Position numbers and translations under genes: made by a program. The notes beneath the pieces were generated by a model. That model saw only the letters and a list, made by a program, of their open reading frames with translations. It did not search any database and was not told where the DNA came from. Of a DNA stretch of 64,000 bases, positions 13,501-26,483 are shown one piece after another. Numbering within the stretch: the first letter of the stretch is position 1; every line of letters begins with the position of its first letter. This stretch comes from Catajapyx aquilonaris (lineage: Eukaryota), in contig KZ538010.1 in assembly GCA_000934665.2 (NCBI GenBank), positions 62,001 to 126,000 of the forward strand, given 5' to 3'.

Positions 13501-14723
13501 TTCACTCTCTATAGCGGACAGAGAGGTTGGGAGTCCCAACCAAGTGTGTCCCAACTTGGGACACCCTTCAACGGAAACAAGACTGCCCTGGTGGGCTTTG
13601 TCCGAGCAGTGACTCATCACCAACATGCACGTAGTACTGCTTTCCCACTGAGAGCACCACCGTGGCAATAGTGTGCAGAGGGAGCGTCTATGCACCAACT
13701 GGTAGGGGCCTATTGTACTGCACTACGTGCAAGTGGGGGGAGACAGTCAGTGTTGCCAAAATTTGGCAACAGGTTCACTATTAGTTGAGTACAGATATGC
13801 TAGTATATAGAGTAAAGCTCTGCACACCTTTTTCAGGGTCAATCATGAGGAATTTGTCGAACAGTTCATGATGCAGGGGGTCCTTTTCAGTTGTGGCGTA
13901 GGGCAAGATATCTTCATGTGCCACATAGTCCAGACCTGGTATTGCGTACAGGCTGCGGCTGTTCTCCTGGTTACCAAGAAATGTCACTGATTCCGTCTGA
14001 GCCCTAATGTATGGGCAGTCCCGTGAGTCCATTAGCACTTGGTAGAAGCTGTGTGTGCGACCCTTCACCTCACGCCCCACATGATTGAATGTAGTAACCT
14101 CTTCCTGCTGTGACCTGCTGTTAAAAGTCAGATAATTACTCGCTGAGTGCCTTACACTAATAATAATCATTCACTTTCTCATCTTACCTAGTCTCTCGTT
14201 TGTTTGGCAAATCCCTGTCATAAACTCGGGCCAACCACGGGAATAATATGACGCCTCGATAGCCGAACACACGGTGAAGGAAGAGCTGACCAGTCTCATA
14301 CTTGCCCTGAATTTTGGGTGACTCTAATCGACCAACCTCCGCTAAGCTGAAAGACAAGCATTAATTTTAAAATCATTATAATTATTATACCCACTAATGT
14401 CATTACTATTGATGTAATTAAGTTCCCTCTTTGAAGTATATGTGCCACAGCAATCATGAAAATGTCCTAATTGTGAGGATGATGTGGTGGAAAAAAAAAA
14501 AAAGAGAGAGATGATCCCGTTATGCGAAAAGTAACTGTTTTCTTTCATGAAATGGCAACATGGAATAGTCGAATTCCTTCGCCCTGTATGAGGGTTCAGG
14601 TGCCCGCCGCGATGCTCACCGGGTGTAGTGGTCTCTCCTGACGGCGCAGAGACGGACGGTGACCTGTAGGAGTGACCCGCCTTGGGAGGACGAGCACAGA
14701 CGACGCAGAAGAGCGGCCGCCAT
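10526..14723 (-). CDS. POLDIP2: Polymerase delta-interacting protein 2 (YccV/HspQ plus ApaG domains)
   Basis: YETGQLFLHRVFGYRGVI, SLYAIPGLDYVAHEDILPY, WQEKNHPWLELSDVH, WRYCIRLEN..LRERHWRI..VRGRGVVGQEP..FQYSSHV..GHMW|GTF. Large intron at 11193-13827. Confidence 0.95.
11398..11828 (+). mobile_element. Putative non-autonomous Helitron, copy A (POLDIP2 intron)
   Basis: Starts A|TC. Ends with the palindrome TTGCCAAAATTTGGCAA, 11 nt, then CTAG|T. Similar in direct orientation to 13408-13784. Confidence 0.6.
11601..11761. mobile_element. ~160-bp MITE (Tc1/mariner-like ends) nested in Helitron copy A
   Basis: Imperfect ~64-bp inverted arms (AGTGTTGGACAT...AATC / GATT...ATGTCCAACACTG-TA). It is absent at the matching site (CCTATTGTAC) of the second copy near 13710. 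Confidence 0.7.
11880..12529. repeat. ~282-bp near-perfect inverted repeat (foldback) with 86-bp spacer
   Basis: 11880-12161 is the reverse complement of 12248-12529 with only a handful of mismatches. Confidence 0.95.
12490..13340. repeat. Minisatellite array, ~30-45-bp monomer with core ATGGATAATAATTCACCTAG and higher-order ~190-220-bp blocks
   Basis: About 20 degenerate copies of TTAATCCTC(CTC)ATGGATAATAATTCACCTAG. Multi-monomer blocks recur near 12721, 12911 and 13130. Confidence 0.9.
13408..13784 (+). mobile_element. Putative non-autonomous Helitron, copy B (POLDIP2 intron)
   Basis: Starts A|TCTCCTAG. Ends GTTGCCAAAATTTGGCAAC, 10 nt, then TTAG|T (degenerate CTAG). 13586-13784 aligns by eye with 11472-11828. 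Confidence 0.55.
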
Positions 14724-14994
14724 CGCTTAACCTTTGAATTTAGTTGTTCGAAACTCTGCCCTTGCTTGCTGGATAATCACGTGACGTCACCCCACTAATA
14801 CCGAACGCACCAGCACACCACAAGAGGTGCGTTTTAAAAAACTAATAATTTTAAAAAGCCACATTCCGAAGTATTTATTAATATTAATAGTTAAATGTGC
14901 TATACTTTTGTCTTCGAACTCAACATGAAGGCGCCTCTAGTTCGCCGTCTGTCCACTGTGCATGGCGCCACGGTCAGAAGAAGTCGATTTCAAC
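14724..14994. promoter_or_regulatory. Probable bidirectional promoter shared by POLDIP2 and PI4KA
   Basis: About 270 bp separate the divergent start codons. Overlapping E-box/CRE-like palindromes TCACGTGACGTCA sit at ~14777-14789. Confidence 0.55.
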
Positions 14995-17900
14995 ATGGCT
15001 GCAGACGACGACAAGTCTTTCTTCACCAAGACCCTGCAGCACCTGGCCAGGTCACTCGCTGGTATCAATCCGACGCCATGGGAAAAGGTACAGCTCGCTG
15101 CACGACCGGTTGCTACTGGCCGTTGGCGATGTCGTGTAGCGTTATGGTCGCTTGCTTTGCGGAAGGGAGTTAATCAGACAGCCAGTGAGAAACAACCCCA
15201 CCTGAGTTTAGGGCGCAAATAGCGTGATCTATGGCAGTTAGTGCATCACTGGATAATTCCCCTGCTGGAGGGGATGCGGGGATGTCCAGGAAGCTCATAT
15301 GTTCAGTTCTGTGGTTTTAGGATGCACAATAACAGATGACAAATGAGTTTTGTTGACAAGGAAATTGTACACATGCATGAGATTGCATAATTTTGTTTTA
15401 CAAAAAAAATTTGTGGGATGTAATGTCAGGTATTGCCTAAGCAGGAAATGAGGCAAGCAATCACCTGTGGAAAGGGTCTGAAGTAAAAACTACTCTGACT
15501 AAAAGGAAGGGGCGAGGGAAGGTGGGGTTTACATGAGAACCACTATTTTTGTCTGAAGTATACGTTTTCTTAAAAATTGGGTTGGATTTATGCAATCCTG
15601 CCCCACTCAGCCATCACCCGCAAAGAAATACCACGTTTATTGAGTCAGTGTTTAGTACTAAGGAGGTTGCATTATGATGTAAAATGTTTGCAATAGTAGA
15701 ACGATGACACTGGAATAAAACTGACCTTACTGCTATGATCAACAGTGATTTCCATTCTTTATATGTTGTGAAAATAACTTTCTTATTCTTTCTCTCAAGG
15801 TGAATCGATTATTTTTGCTCTGTCCACAAGAGAATGCTCAAGGAATTTTTCGACTGGACCAGAGAGGACAAGATGCTGTTATTGCCCTTGGAATATACCT
15901 CCTGGAATCAGATCTTCACCAACACAAGGACAGAATTCTTCAGTATATTTTGAAACTTTTGAAGGGGCTTCACAAGGCCATTTGGCTAGACGAAATGAGA
16001 CTATATCCAACTGACCGTAAGGCTAACTTTAGTGGATATAATTAATGCAACATACAAGACGATGCCATTTTTTGTTGTAGGCATTCCTGTAGCTGAGCGC
16101 TTCAGCTTTTGTGTAAACACACTCCTGAGTGATGTTGCAGCCAGGAGTCCAGAAGATCGTGATGAGATCATTACAGCCCAGGTTGAAATGCTTATGACAT
16201 TGACCAATCAGATTAGGGAGTATCGAGAGGAGCACACTCCAAGAGGCATCACTGCTAAATGTAAGAGAATATATATTACAAGTGTGTGTTTCAAGTCTGG
16301 CAATAAATTTATGCCTTTCAGTGTCCCTCTGCAAGACAACAGTTCCAATTTTGATTGGCTTAGCAAGGTCAATGGGGCGATTCACTACTTCTGATCCCCC
16401 TCTCCTTTGTCGAGTGTTCCCTCGCCCTCCGCCACCAATATCTGTTTCTGTAGATGCTGCTACTGCAGCATTAAACAAAAAAAAGAAGAGTTTTACCAAC
16501 TTCAGATCCATTATTCCACGATCACTCTCAAGTAACTTTCCCTCCTCTTCGGATATTGGATCCTTGGGAAGTCAGGATTCAGGAGCTGATTTGAGGTAAA
16601 ATTTTTGAGTCATTACAGACTATATTTCTCAGAAATAAATGTACCAAAGTGCCCATGAAAAATTTGACTTACAGGTTCATGTCAATTCACTCTGGTAGCA
16701 GTCAGCAATCATCATCATCGGCATTTGATCCACAAACTTATTTTTTTGTGAAGTATGGATCCAGCTTCAATCAAGGCCCACTATTAAGCATTGCGGATGA
16801 AATTGCAGTAGAGCAAGTACAGCTTACCATAGCACACCTTCAGAATGTCTTATATGTGGCCAAAAAGCTACTTACCAAGGATCTGCTCATCTATCTCAAT
16901 GATCAAGCTACTGATGTTTTCATGTCAGGACAAGTTAAGATCTTTCCCTACAAGACATTCAGTGAGACGATCAACTTGGTCATGGTCACTCTGCTTCGAG
17001 AACTGCTCCACCATCAGAAAGGTAAATTTTCTTTACAGTAAGTTATAATTTGTTACAATCCCTCCCCCTGTACTGCATTTCATATTGTATTGTAATTATG
17101 TGCTGGAGAGTATTAGGAATATGTTTTTAAAATTTGGCCAACTCTCGTTTAACAGATTTGCCTGTACCTTTCACACGCGATGTACAAGAATTTGTGAAGG
17201 GGCTATTCCTCTCTGGTCAGACTGAGCTGCAGAGTCGCCACCATGATGCCAGTGAGCGAGAAGATAGAGAACTAAACTTTGCCACTGTGAACAAGTTCAA
17301 GGTGAATGTCTTGGCAAATGCATCATGTGTGGATCTCCTTGTGTGGGCCATTGGAGATGAAACAGGTGAGGATTTTAATGTCAAGCGAGTGTGAAGGAGG
17401 TGTTACACTGGTTGGATTAGATGTCAACTTGCAACTTAAGTGCACATTAGCAATGAGTGTCAACAGTCTTATTGGTTTGAGTATGAAGTAAAATTGAGGA
17501 GTTTCTTGAGTGTGAGACAACACTCGATCAGCAGTAATTTCTGAGGCATATCTAAGTGCAAGTTTAGTGTCTAATCTGAACATTGTACTATTCCCAAGGA
17601 ATAAGAGAGAAGGATAATGATTTTTTTTAGAGAGGTAGGGCCATATCAAACTCATTTTGTCCCCCACCTTCCAGAAGAACCAGTTGGAGAGGTTCCTTTC
17701 ATTTTCCAGAACATGTGTTCAAATCTCATCGTTTCCAGTGGAGATGTAGAGGGTAAAATTAGGTTTCAGCATAGCGTCTGCCAGCATGGATTTTGCAACT
17801 GTCTAATTGATAATATAGGAAAAAGTGGAGTGCCTAACGTTGCACCATACTTTGTTTGCATAACACATTAATATAGTGTGTTTACAGTGTGTGTTATATA

Positions 17901-20900
17901 TACCTGACAGACGCATGGACATTAATAACAGGAGATGTGACTGTCAGAATGTAAAGCATTTTACTCTTACCACAGGAGCGGACAGTCTGTGCAGTCGACT
18001 GATGGAGAAGATCAACAGCAACCATGGACACAAGCTTGTTCTTGCTCACATGCCATTGCTGATGGTTTGTTTGGAGGTAAGTAACATATTGTCAGCTTGA
18101 GGTTATATAATCTGACAAGACTTATGCAGTGTGCATTGCAGCCACTTTTATGAGAAAGCAGTAACAGTATTTTGCTTGGTTTTCCTCAGGGACTGGGCAA
18201 GCTTGCATACAAGTTTCCCAACATCGCCTCAACCAGTATTTACTGCCTCCGTGACTTCCTAGTTAACCCATCCCCGATCCTCTTGAAACTTCACCGCCAG
18301 CAGAATGAGAAAGGTGGCCCAGTGACAGTTACAGTATCTAGCAACTGCAGTGAGAGAAGTGGCAACAGCTCCCAAACCATAACCTCCACCTCCACTGCTT
18401 TTGAGAAGCTACGAGATGCAGCTATTGAGAACCTCTGCACTGCTCTTAAATCTGGGTTGAAAGTGGATCCACACTGTGTCCAAGCATTTTTAGCATCAGT
18501 GTCCAACAGGTTATTTACCGCTGAAAAATCAGACTCGGAGACCACGCTGGTATCCACAAACACAGTCATTATGCTTGGACATGTAGCAGTAGCTCTGAGG
18601 GACACTCCCAAGACCACGGAGTCCATACTGCAGTTTTTTCAGCAGCGTTTCTGCAGACTTCCATCCCCTCTGGACACCTTAATCGTGGATCAGCTTGGAT
18701 GCATGATTATTGCCAAGAGTGATGTATGAGCATTTATTACATGTTAATTAATTTGGTTCTCATAAGGTGACTGTCTCTTTAGGCCCATGTGTATGAAGAA
18801 GTTATGAAGATGTTCACTATGATCACAGTGGAAGCAAGCAGTGCTGCATATACTACAGGTGTGGCAGAGGAAAGGAAAAATCAGTACCGGTATGAACTTT
18901 CAGTTGTTAAATTGAATTTATTCAATTTAACAACAGAATTATCAAAACCTATAGAAGTTATAGACATGATTTATGCATATTCCATGTCTGACAACAATGT
19001 AATAACTGATTCACAGACATGTGTCTGGAAGTGTCATTAATGCTCTGGCCAATGTGTCGGCCAACTTGCAAGGTGAAGTTGAAATGAATGAGCTTCTGGT
19101 CCGTCTCTTGGAACTCTTTGTCCAGTTGGGTTTGGAGGGGAAGAGAGCATCAGACAAAGCACCAGGAGCACACAAAGTACGTACTGGTTTTACCTTTTTT
19201 TCCCTGTCCCTTCAATGTGCATGGAAATTATGTTAACTTCATGATCTCATTTTCAGGCCTCAAGCAGTGCTGGTAATCTTGGCGTCCTGATCCCGGTGAT
19301 TGCGGTTTTAATTAAGAGGCTCCCTGTAATCAGAAACCCAAAGCCAAGACTTCACAAGTTGTTTCGAGATTTTTGGTTGTATTGTGTTGTGATGGGATTT
19401 ACTAATGAGAGTTCAGGTGAGTCAACTAGCCAGTTGTTTTATTCGCAATGTAACACTGAACCTGTGCAGGGCTTTGGCCGTCGGAATGGCATGATGGAGT
19501 TAGAGAAATAGCTGTGAAATCTCCCCTACTCATTTCTCAAACATCATCACGCTCTGAGATGAGAGAGCTTCAGTACACTTCTGCAGTTAGGAATGACAGT
19601 GTGTCCATGGTGAGAAGTTATTTTTCATAGCACTGCTTTTACAGTAGTAATGCATGACTTCAATGTTTTGTTAGTTTTAGTCAAGAATTCATATTTGTAA
19701 CTAATACTTATTCACTAACAAACATCCATACATTCCAGACAGAACTGCAGGAGCTAAAAACTCAGATCCTCAACCTGCTGGAGTACCCTTCAGATGTGAT
19801 TGCCATTGTGAACAAGCTTTCCTTTGCACAGTGCACATATCTGTTGTCAGTGTATTGGCTGGAGATGCTTCGAGTGCAAAACTCAACTCAGCCTAGTTTC
19901 CATGTAGTATTTGAGTACCTCTGTGATTCTGCTATCCAGAAGGATAAGGCAGGGATGTGGCAATGCATTCACAGGTAATACACAGCATAGTCCGTCAGAG
20001 TGGCAACACTTCACAACCAATACTTTCAGTGTTGGTGAGCGTGTGTTTCACACATTCTTGGAAGTGATGATGCGCAAGGGCAAGAATGAGCAGCGGGAGA
20101 GAGAGTTGGAATCTCATGTTCAGTTCCTCCTGGTGAACTTCAATCACATCCACAAGCAGATCAGGAGAGTTGCTGACAAATATCTCTCAGCACTTGTTGA
20201 CAGATTTCCTCATCTCCTGTGGAACCGAGTGGTGCTCCACACCATGCTGGATATACTACAGGTGGTCTCGATTAGCCTTCAGCTGGACCCAAATGAACAG
20301 AGTCCCACACTACAGATACCAGCTACACCATATTCCCTTCAGCTAATGGACACACTGGAAGCCAGGGAGGTACGTCCTGCCATTGCATTTGATAGATTTG
20401 TTTAATATATTTATACCCACCTCTATCCCTCCTCAGAGCATTGTGAAAGATTTTGCAGCACGTTGCCAAGGAATAGTTCAGGAAGCAGTGAAGTGGGCTC
20501 CACATTCAACCCAGTCTCATCTGCAGACATACCTGAATGAGTTTAGTGAGGGAGGTCTTTGGCATCATGCTGGACTTGGCCTGGCGACTGAAAGTGTCTT
20601 GCAGTATGTGGGCCTCAACTGTCATGCGTCTTGCTTGGGGGTAAGTGAGACAATAGCATAATTTATATCATTCAGAAAATGAGATATTGGGCTGGAAATC
20701 CATCTAGGATATTAATAGAAAATTGCATAGAGCTAACCGTTGATCCTGTATTTGATGATGTCAGCATGGGACTTTGGACAAGCGACCCTCATGTGTGAAG
20801 AGTGATGCTTCTCGGTTTGTGTCTTCAATGAGTCTGCGGAGCCGATTCAGCGGAGAGGTGTCTGGAATGCTGGCTGCAGTGGAAACAGAAAAGGAGAGGC

Positions 20901-23900
20901 AAGAGTTTGCATTGCGGCTGGTGGAAAGCCTGCAGAAGGCGGTGGAGTCAAAGGATGAGGGAGGCCTCAAGCAGGGGCTGTGGAGATGTGCTGCTATGCT
21001 GATCTCTAGCCCAGGGATGCCCAGGGGACTTCTGCATGCTATATGCTGGTTCCCAGTGGAACTGTTTACTAGAGATGCCATGTGGTCTGCAGTGGAATGC
21101 TGGCAGTGGATTCTTACGGATAGGCCAGACTTGGAACTCTGTTTTCTGCAGGAAATGCTGGCTGCTTGGCAGGTGAGGACAAGTAAAATTAAGAAGTGTG
21201 TTTTTAGTGCTGTAATGTATTGATGCGACAAATATACATTGATAATAATTGTCTACTTGATCAATTAAGAATATATTCCATAATGGAAATGTTTCTGCTG
21301 AGCCCAGGATTTATTTTAGACTGGTTTTATTGCTACGTAAATGGATTCAATCACTCTCGACTTTCTTGCTTTGCAGTACACAGTTGACAAAGGCCTTGGG
21401 CTGTTCTCAGAGGAGCAGGAAAAGGAGAGTCCTCTAGTGGTTGCTGAAGGTGTCATATTGAGGCCAAAACCACCGGATGTAGCACCTCATGACATTTGGA
21501 TTAAGGTCAGTTGTAGTGTGGAGTGTTTGTGGTATCTTCACAAGGCAATGATTTATGACCCAAAAAAAAGCCACTTCTGCCCTGCTTAGTATACTAACTG
21601 GATCATTCCTGGTTACAGTTCCTGTCAGAGTGCATTGAATCAGCCAAGTATTTCAGCCAGGACCAGGTGGACATGTTCACACACCTTCTTCAACGTTCCC
21701 TCCCAATGAGTGTCGGGCAGCGGGATAGTTGCATCAACAGGCATGTGAGTGCTGTTCGGGCCAGGTTCCGCCTGCTTGCATGTGGGCTGTCCCTCCTTCA
21801 GGGTGAGGTCATGCCAAGATCTCTTAGCAAGAATGTTCTAAGAGAGCGCATTTACTGTGCTTGCCTGGACTACTTCTGCCAGGGAAGGCGATGCCCAGTC
21901 TCGAGAGGGATCCAACTCAGGGAAGACATACAGGTTAGCTGGAAGAATATGGTCATATTGAACGTGTGATAGCACAAGCCCCACGGTTATCCTTTAGTAA
22001 TATAGCATATGTAACAGCATGAAAATTAATTGCAAAACATCTAATTTAATTTTTTTCCCCCCAGATTCTTATTCGTTTTTGGCAGACGATGCACTCAGAC
22101 AAGAAGTACCTGAAGGCTAGCATGGTTGGTGAGTTTGATCCATACAGTCCCCACGGAACACTGAACCCAGTACAGGCTGAGGTCAGATCAACTGCCTCAG
22201 GGGAGTATGCCAGATCTCATGGGTCATCTGGATGGATGAACACTATGCCACTCAGCAGCAGCAGTGGGAGCATTATTTCCAAGCGGTCGGGGCGTTCCAA
22301 GCGTGCGGTCAATCCTGACGTGTTTGTTAAGGACTACATCAAAAAACGCAACTTGATCCTAGAACTACTCGCATCTGAGATAGAGTATTTGTTGGCGTGG
22401 CATAATCCGATGTCACTTCCAGAGAAGAGCATTGCGGGTGAGGAGACCATTATGGCATGGCTGGGGAAATTGGTTTCTGACAGAGGGTGGCGTGACACAG
22501 CCCGTCTGGCCTGGGACATCAGTCCAGTACTTGCAGTGTACCTGCCAAACAGATTGAAGAATGCTGAAGGCCTGGTCAGGGAATTGTGTCGTTTAGTTCA
22601 GACCAATCCTGATGCAGTGTCCCATGTTTCTGAGGCCCTGCAGTACCTTGTCACAACGGATACCGTGTTAAATGACTCACCAGAGCTGCCCCACATGCTT
22701 TCATGGGCAAGGGTATCACCAATACGTGCACTCTCTTTCTTCTCACGGCAATACCCTCCTCATCCTATAACAGCTCAGTATGCTGTTAGGGTACTTGCTA
22801 GTTATCCAGCTGATGCCATCTTGATCTACATCCCACAATTGGTACAAGCCATCAGGCATGACACAGTGAGTGATTCTTCAGTTACAGAAGACTTGGTCAA
22901 GTGACTGGCATGATTTTCTTTTCATTGTTAATGCTCCATTATTTTTTCAGATGGGTTATGTAACAGAGTTCATCAAGTACATTGGTAAAAGGTCTCAGCT
23001 TGTTGCCCACCAACTCATCTGGAACATGCGAACCACTATGTATCTAGACGAGGAAGCCACACTAAAAGATCGTAAGTAGGAAGGAATACAATAGTTATGA
23101 TGAATAACAAAATGAGAGTAACATAGTAATTTCTCTTTCTGACAGCTGTATTGTATGAACCCCTTGACAACATGATGAAGGCCATTGTATCTAACCAGTC
23201 TGGCCAAGCTAAGCTCTTTTACGAGCGTGAGTTTGACTTCTTCTTCAAAATTACCAATATCTCAGGCATAATTCGGCCATTCCCAAAGGGCCCTGAGCGG
23301 AAAAGGGCATGCTTAGAGGCTCTGAGCCAAATCAAGGTGCAGCCTGGTTGCTACCTTCCATCCAATCCAGAAGCTATGGTACTGGACATCGACTTCAAGA
23401 GTGGAACCCCAATGCAGAGTGCGGCCAAGGCTCCCTTCTTGGCACGTTTCAAGGTGAACCGATGTGGTGTCAATGAGCTGGAACAGCAAGCACTGGCACT
23501 GGGGACAGGCAGTAGCCCAGTCACTGTCAATGGTCATTTCAAGAGACAGGAGTCTATTGGGACTGAAGTTTGGCAGGCTGCCATATTCAAGGTTGGCGAT
23601 GATGTCAGACAGGACATGCTGGCACTACAGGTCATCTCCATATTCAAGAACATTTTTGAGCAGGCCGGGCTGGAACTATACCTGTTCCCATACAGGGTTG
23701 TGGCCACTGATCCAGGGGTTAGTTGTCTCTTCATATACGTACTTTGTATCATATCAAAGCTTCATTATACATCTTTATATTTGTGATTTGTCACTTAGTG
23801 TGGTGTGATCGAGTGTGTACCCAACGCAAAGTCCCGTGATCAACTTGGACGCCAGACTGACATTGGTCTTTACGAGTATTTCATCAAAAAGTATGGCGAT

Positions 23901-24495
23901 GAAAACACGCAGGAATACCAGAGGGCAAGGCGAAACTTTGTGGTTTCCATGGCAGCCTACAGCCTGGTTGGATTCCTGCTGCAGATCAAGGACCGTCACA
24001 ATGGAAACATAATGATTGACACTGATGGACACATCATTCACATTGGTAAATTGCATTTTGTATAGTGCACTTTCTCTCCTACTAATAAATTTATCATCCC
24101 TGTGTGCAGATTTTGGCTTCATGTTTGAGAGCAGCCCAGGCGGCAACCTTGGGTTTGAACCGGACATCAAGCTGACAGATGAGATGGTGATGGTGATGGG
24201 TGGAAAAATGGAAGCTGCTCCGTTCCGTTGGTTCATGGAGCTGTGTGTGCAAGGATACTTGGCAGTGAGACCCCACAGCGAGGCCATAGTGACCCTAGTC
24301 ACTCTGATGCTGGACACAGGCCTCCCTTGCTTTAGGGGCCAGACCATTAAGCTGCTCAGAGCGAGGTTCAATCCAGATGTCAGCGAGAAGGAGGCTGCTA
24401 GTTTCATGCTCTCCATCATACGCAATTCTTTCCTCAATTTCAGGACGAGGACATATGATATGATCCAGTATTACCAGAACCAGATCCCTTATTGA
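14995..24495 (+). CDS. PI4KA: Phosphatidylinositol 4-kinase alpha (PI4KIIIalpha)
   Basis: About 20 exons. [100 protein letters not shown], ending YYQNQIPY*. An upstream in-frame ATG at 14962 is an alternative start. Confidence 0.97.
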
Positions 24496-24798
24496 TTTGT
24501 CTGTTTGAATCTGTACTGTTCTAGTCTTGGTGTCGAATAGCTTAGGCATTCCAATGTTGTTGTTGTGACTGTTGCATTACCAGTGAGGATAGGAATAAGA
24601 GTCAAATTATGCCAAATTAAAAATTTGTTTATTTCCCTTCAGTTGTTATAATCAAGAACCCTGTTTTATATGGAGAAAGCAAGAAAAATAGAGTTGGCAG
24701 GGTCCAGTTGTGGAATGGTGTCTATAACTTCCTGTTGTCAGCAAGTGGATGTTTTACATGGTATGAATACACCAATATGTCACAAAACTTTGTTGTGT

Positions 24799-26223
24799 CT
24801 ACTTTCCACCAAGAATATCATGAAAGGTTGATCCCTGGTATCCCACCTCAGACGGATTGGCATCCACAAATGTGACGTACAACCTGGAGGAGACAAAAAT
24901 ATTGAGCGGTAGGCTGGTCGGAAGTAAGTATAAAAATTAATTCCATGCATGGCATACACTCAAAATGTTTGACTAGGACACTAGGTGATTGAAAATGCCC
25001 ATAATACAGGTTTCGCAATAAACAGGAAGTTGTTACATGCTGGATGACAAATATTATGATGTCAGTGGTGTTTAGAAATCCTATACTGTGCACAGGAAGC
25101 AAGAATTGCTGCAGCTATTGTAAAATTCAGGCAGGAACATCTGGTGCTAGATAAGGCAGCCAATCGCTTCACAGTGATAGCAGTGATACACAGTACAAGT
25201 GCTGGGATAAAGGCCTCTGAAATTTGAAAACCTTGTTTTCCCGATACATTTTTCAAGTACAACTTATCAAAATAGATGATCATCTGCTTTGTTTCTCCAA
25301 ACAACTTTCTGCAAAAATGTTCTTGTTCATCCCTTTCATTAACCTCTGCGTGGCCTGACCATCCACCAGAGTGTCATTTTGTAGGTCATACGAGGGGGAC
25401 AGGGGCAACCTGTACTCCGCTGGCTACCCCTCTATGGGATTATTTTGCCGTGAAGTAAAAAAAAATGACAATGACAGCTTAATTTTGAGAGTGTAACATT
25501 GTTATAGTTATTATGAGATGACAACTACATAAAAAATATGATACGGGTTAAACAGGAAAAGGATGGAAGAATGACACGGTTGGGAAGGTTTTTAATGCAA
25601 GCAGGAGCCTGAGACTATATGAATATTTCTTGTTTTCTGATGGGGGGGAAAACACAGTTTCACTTCCTATCTCTACTGGTTTTTCCAGTTTTTCCTATAG
25701 GAAGCCAGGATGGATCAAGGTCAGATGTGCCTCTAAACGGGAATCCTGAAGGTCAAATATTAAAATTATACTGTATGTAATTTTGACCTGTGCATGTAAC
25801 TACTCCTTTTGTATCAGTGTAACCAACCCTCCCACCAAGTGCACCTGCAGCGCATACCTGTCCCCTGGTATCCCAAGGTGCTTCTCAACTACCGGATAGA
25901 TAGCGGCAGCATGCTTCTTATTTTCAGCCACTCCCAGCTTCCCGATGCTCATGAGTTCAGCCGTACCGCAAGGATCTGTGGTGCCCCCAAACACCATGGG
26001 CAGGTCAGCCGTGACACCCACGGTGCAGTACTGTCGGTGCGTATCATAGTGCCATTACATAACCACCGACAATTAATTATTATGTCATCACAATATGATG
26101 ATGGCCATGACTTACTCCCTCTGGCTTCCCAAGAGTGGTGGATAGTGTCTTGCTGGCCTCCTTGAGGAAGGCCTCGGTCACCTTCGCCTTGGGGACATTG
26201 GTCTTCAGACTGAAGCTGGGCAT
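24799..26223 (-). CDS. MIF: Macrophage migration inhibitory factor (tautomerase)
   Basis: Three exons: MPSFSLKTNVP...LGKPEG | YCTVGV...MVFGGTTDPC..LMSIGKLG...LGIPGDR | LYVTFVDANPSEVGYQGSTFHDILGGK*. The catalytic N-terminal Pro is present. Confidence 0.93.
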
Positions 26224-26483
26224 CTCGAAGGTGTGGAGACAGACGACCGAGCAGCAACCAGGACAAGGGAGGACTGGAGACTGGCGCATTCAAATGGTGC
26301 TCACAAGGTGGCGCAGGGTGACCACTAGAAACCCTGGTGGGATCGATTCACTCGCCCCAGAGCCATCTGAAGGTCTTTTGGCGTCCGTTGGCCACGCAAC
26401 AACGATCACCGCAGCTGCAGTACCACGGTACCCAAGCGACGGGTGACGGATCCTGGCGGACGAACCTGAGAAGCTGCCCTGGG

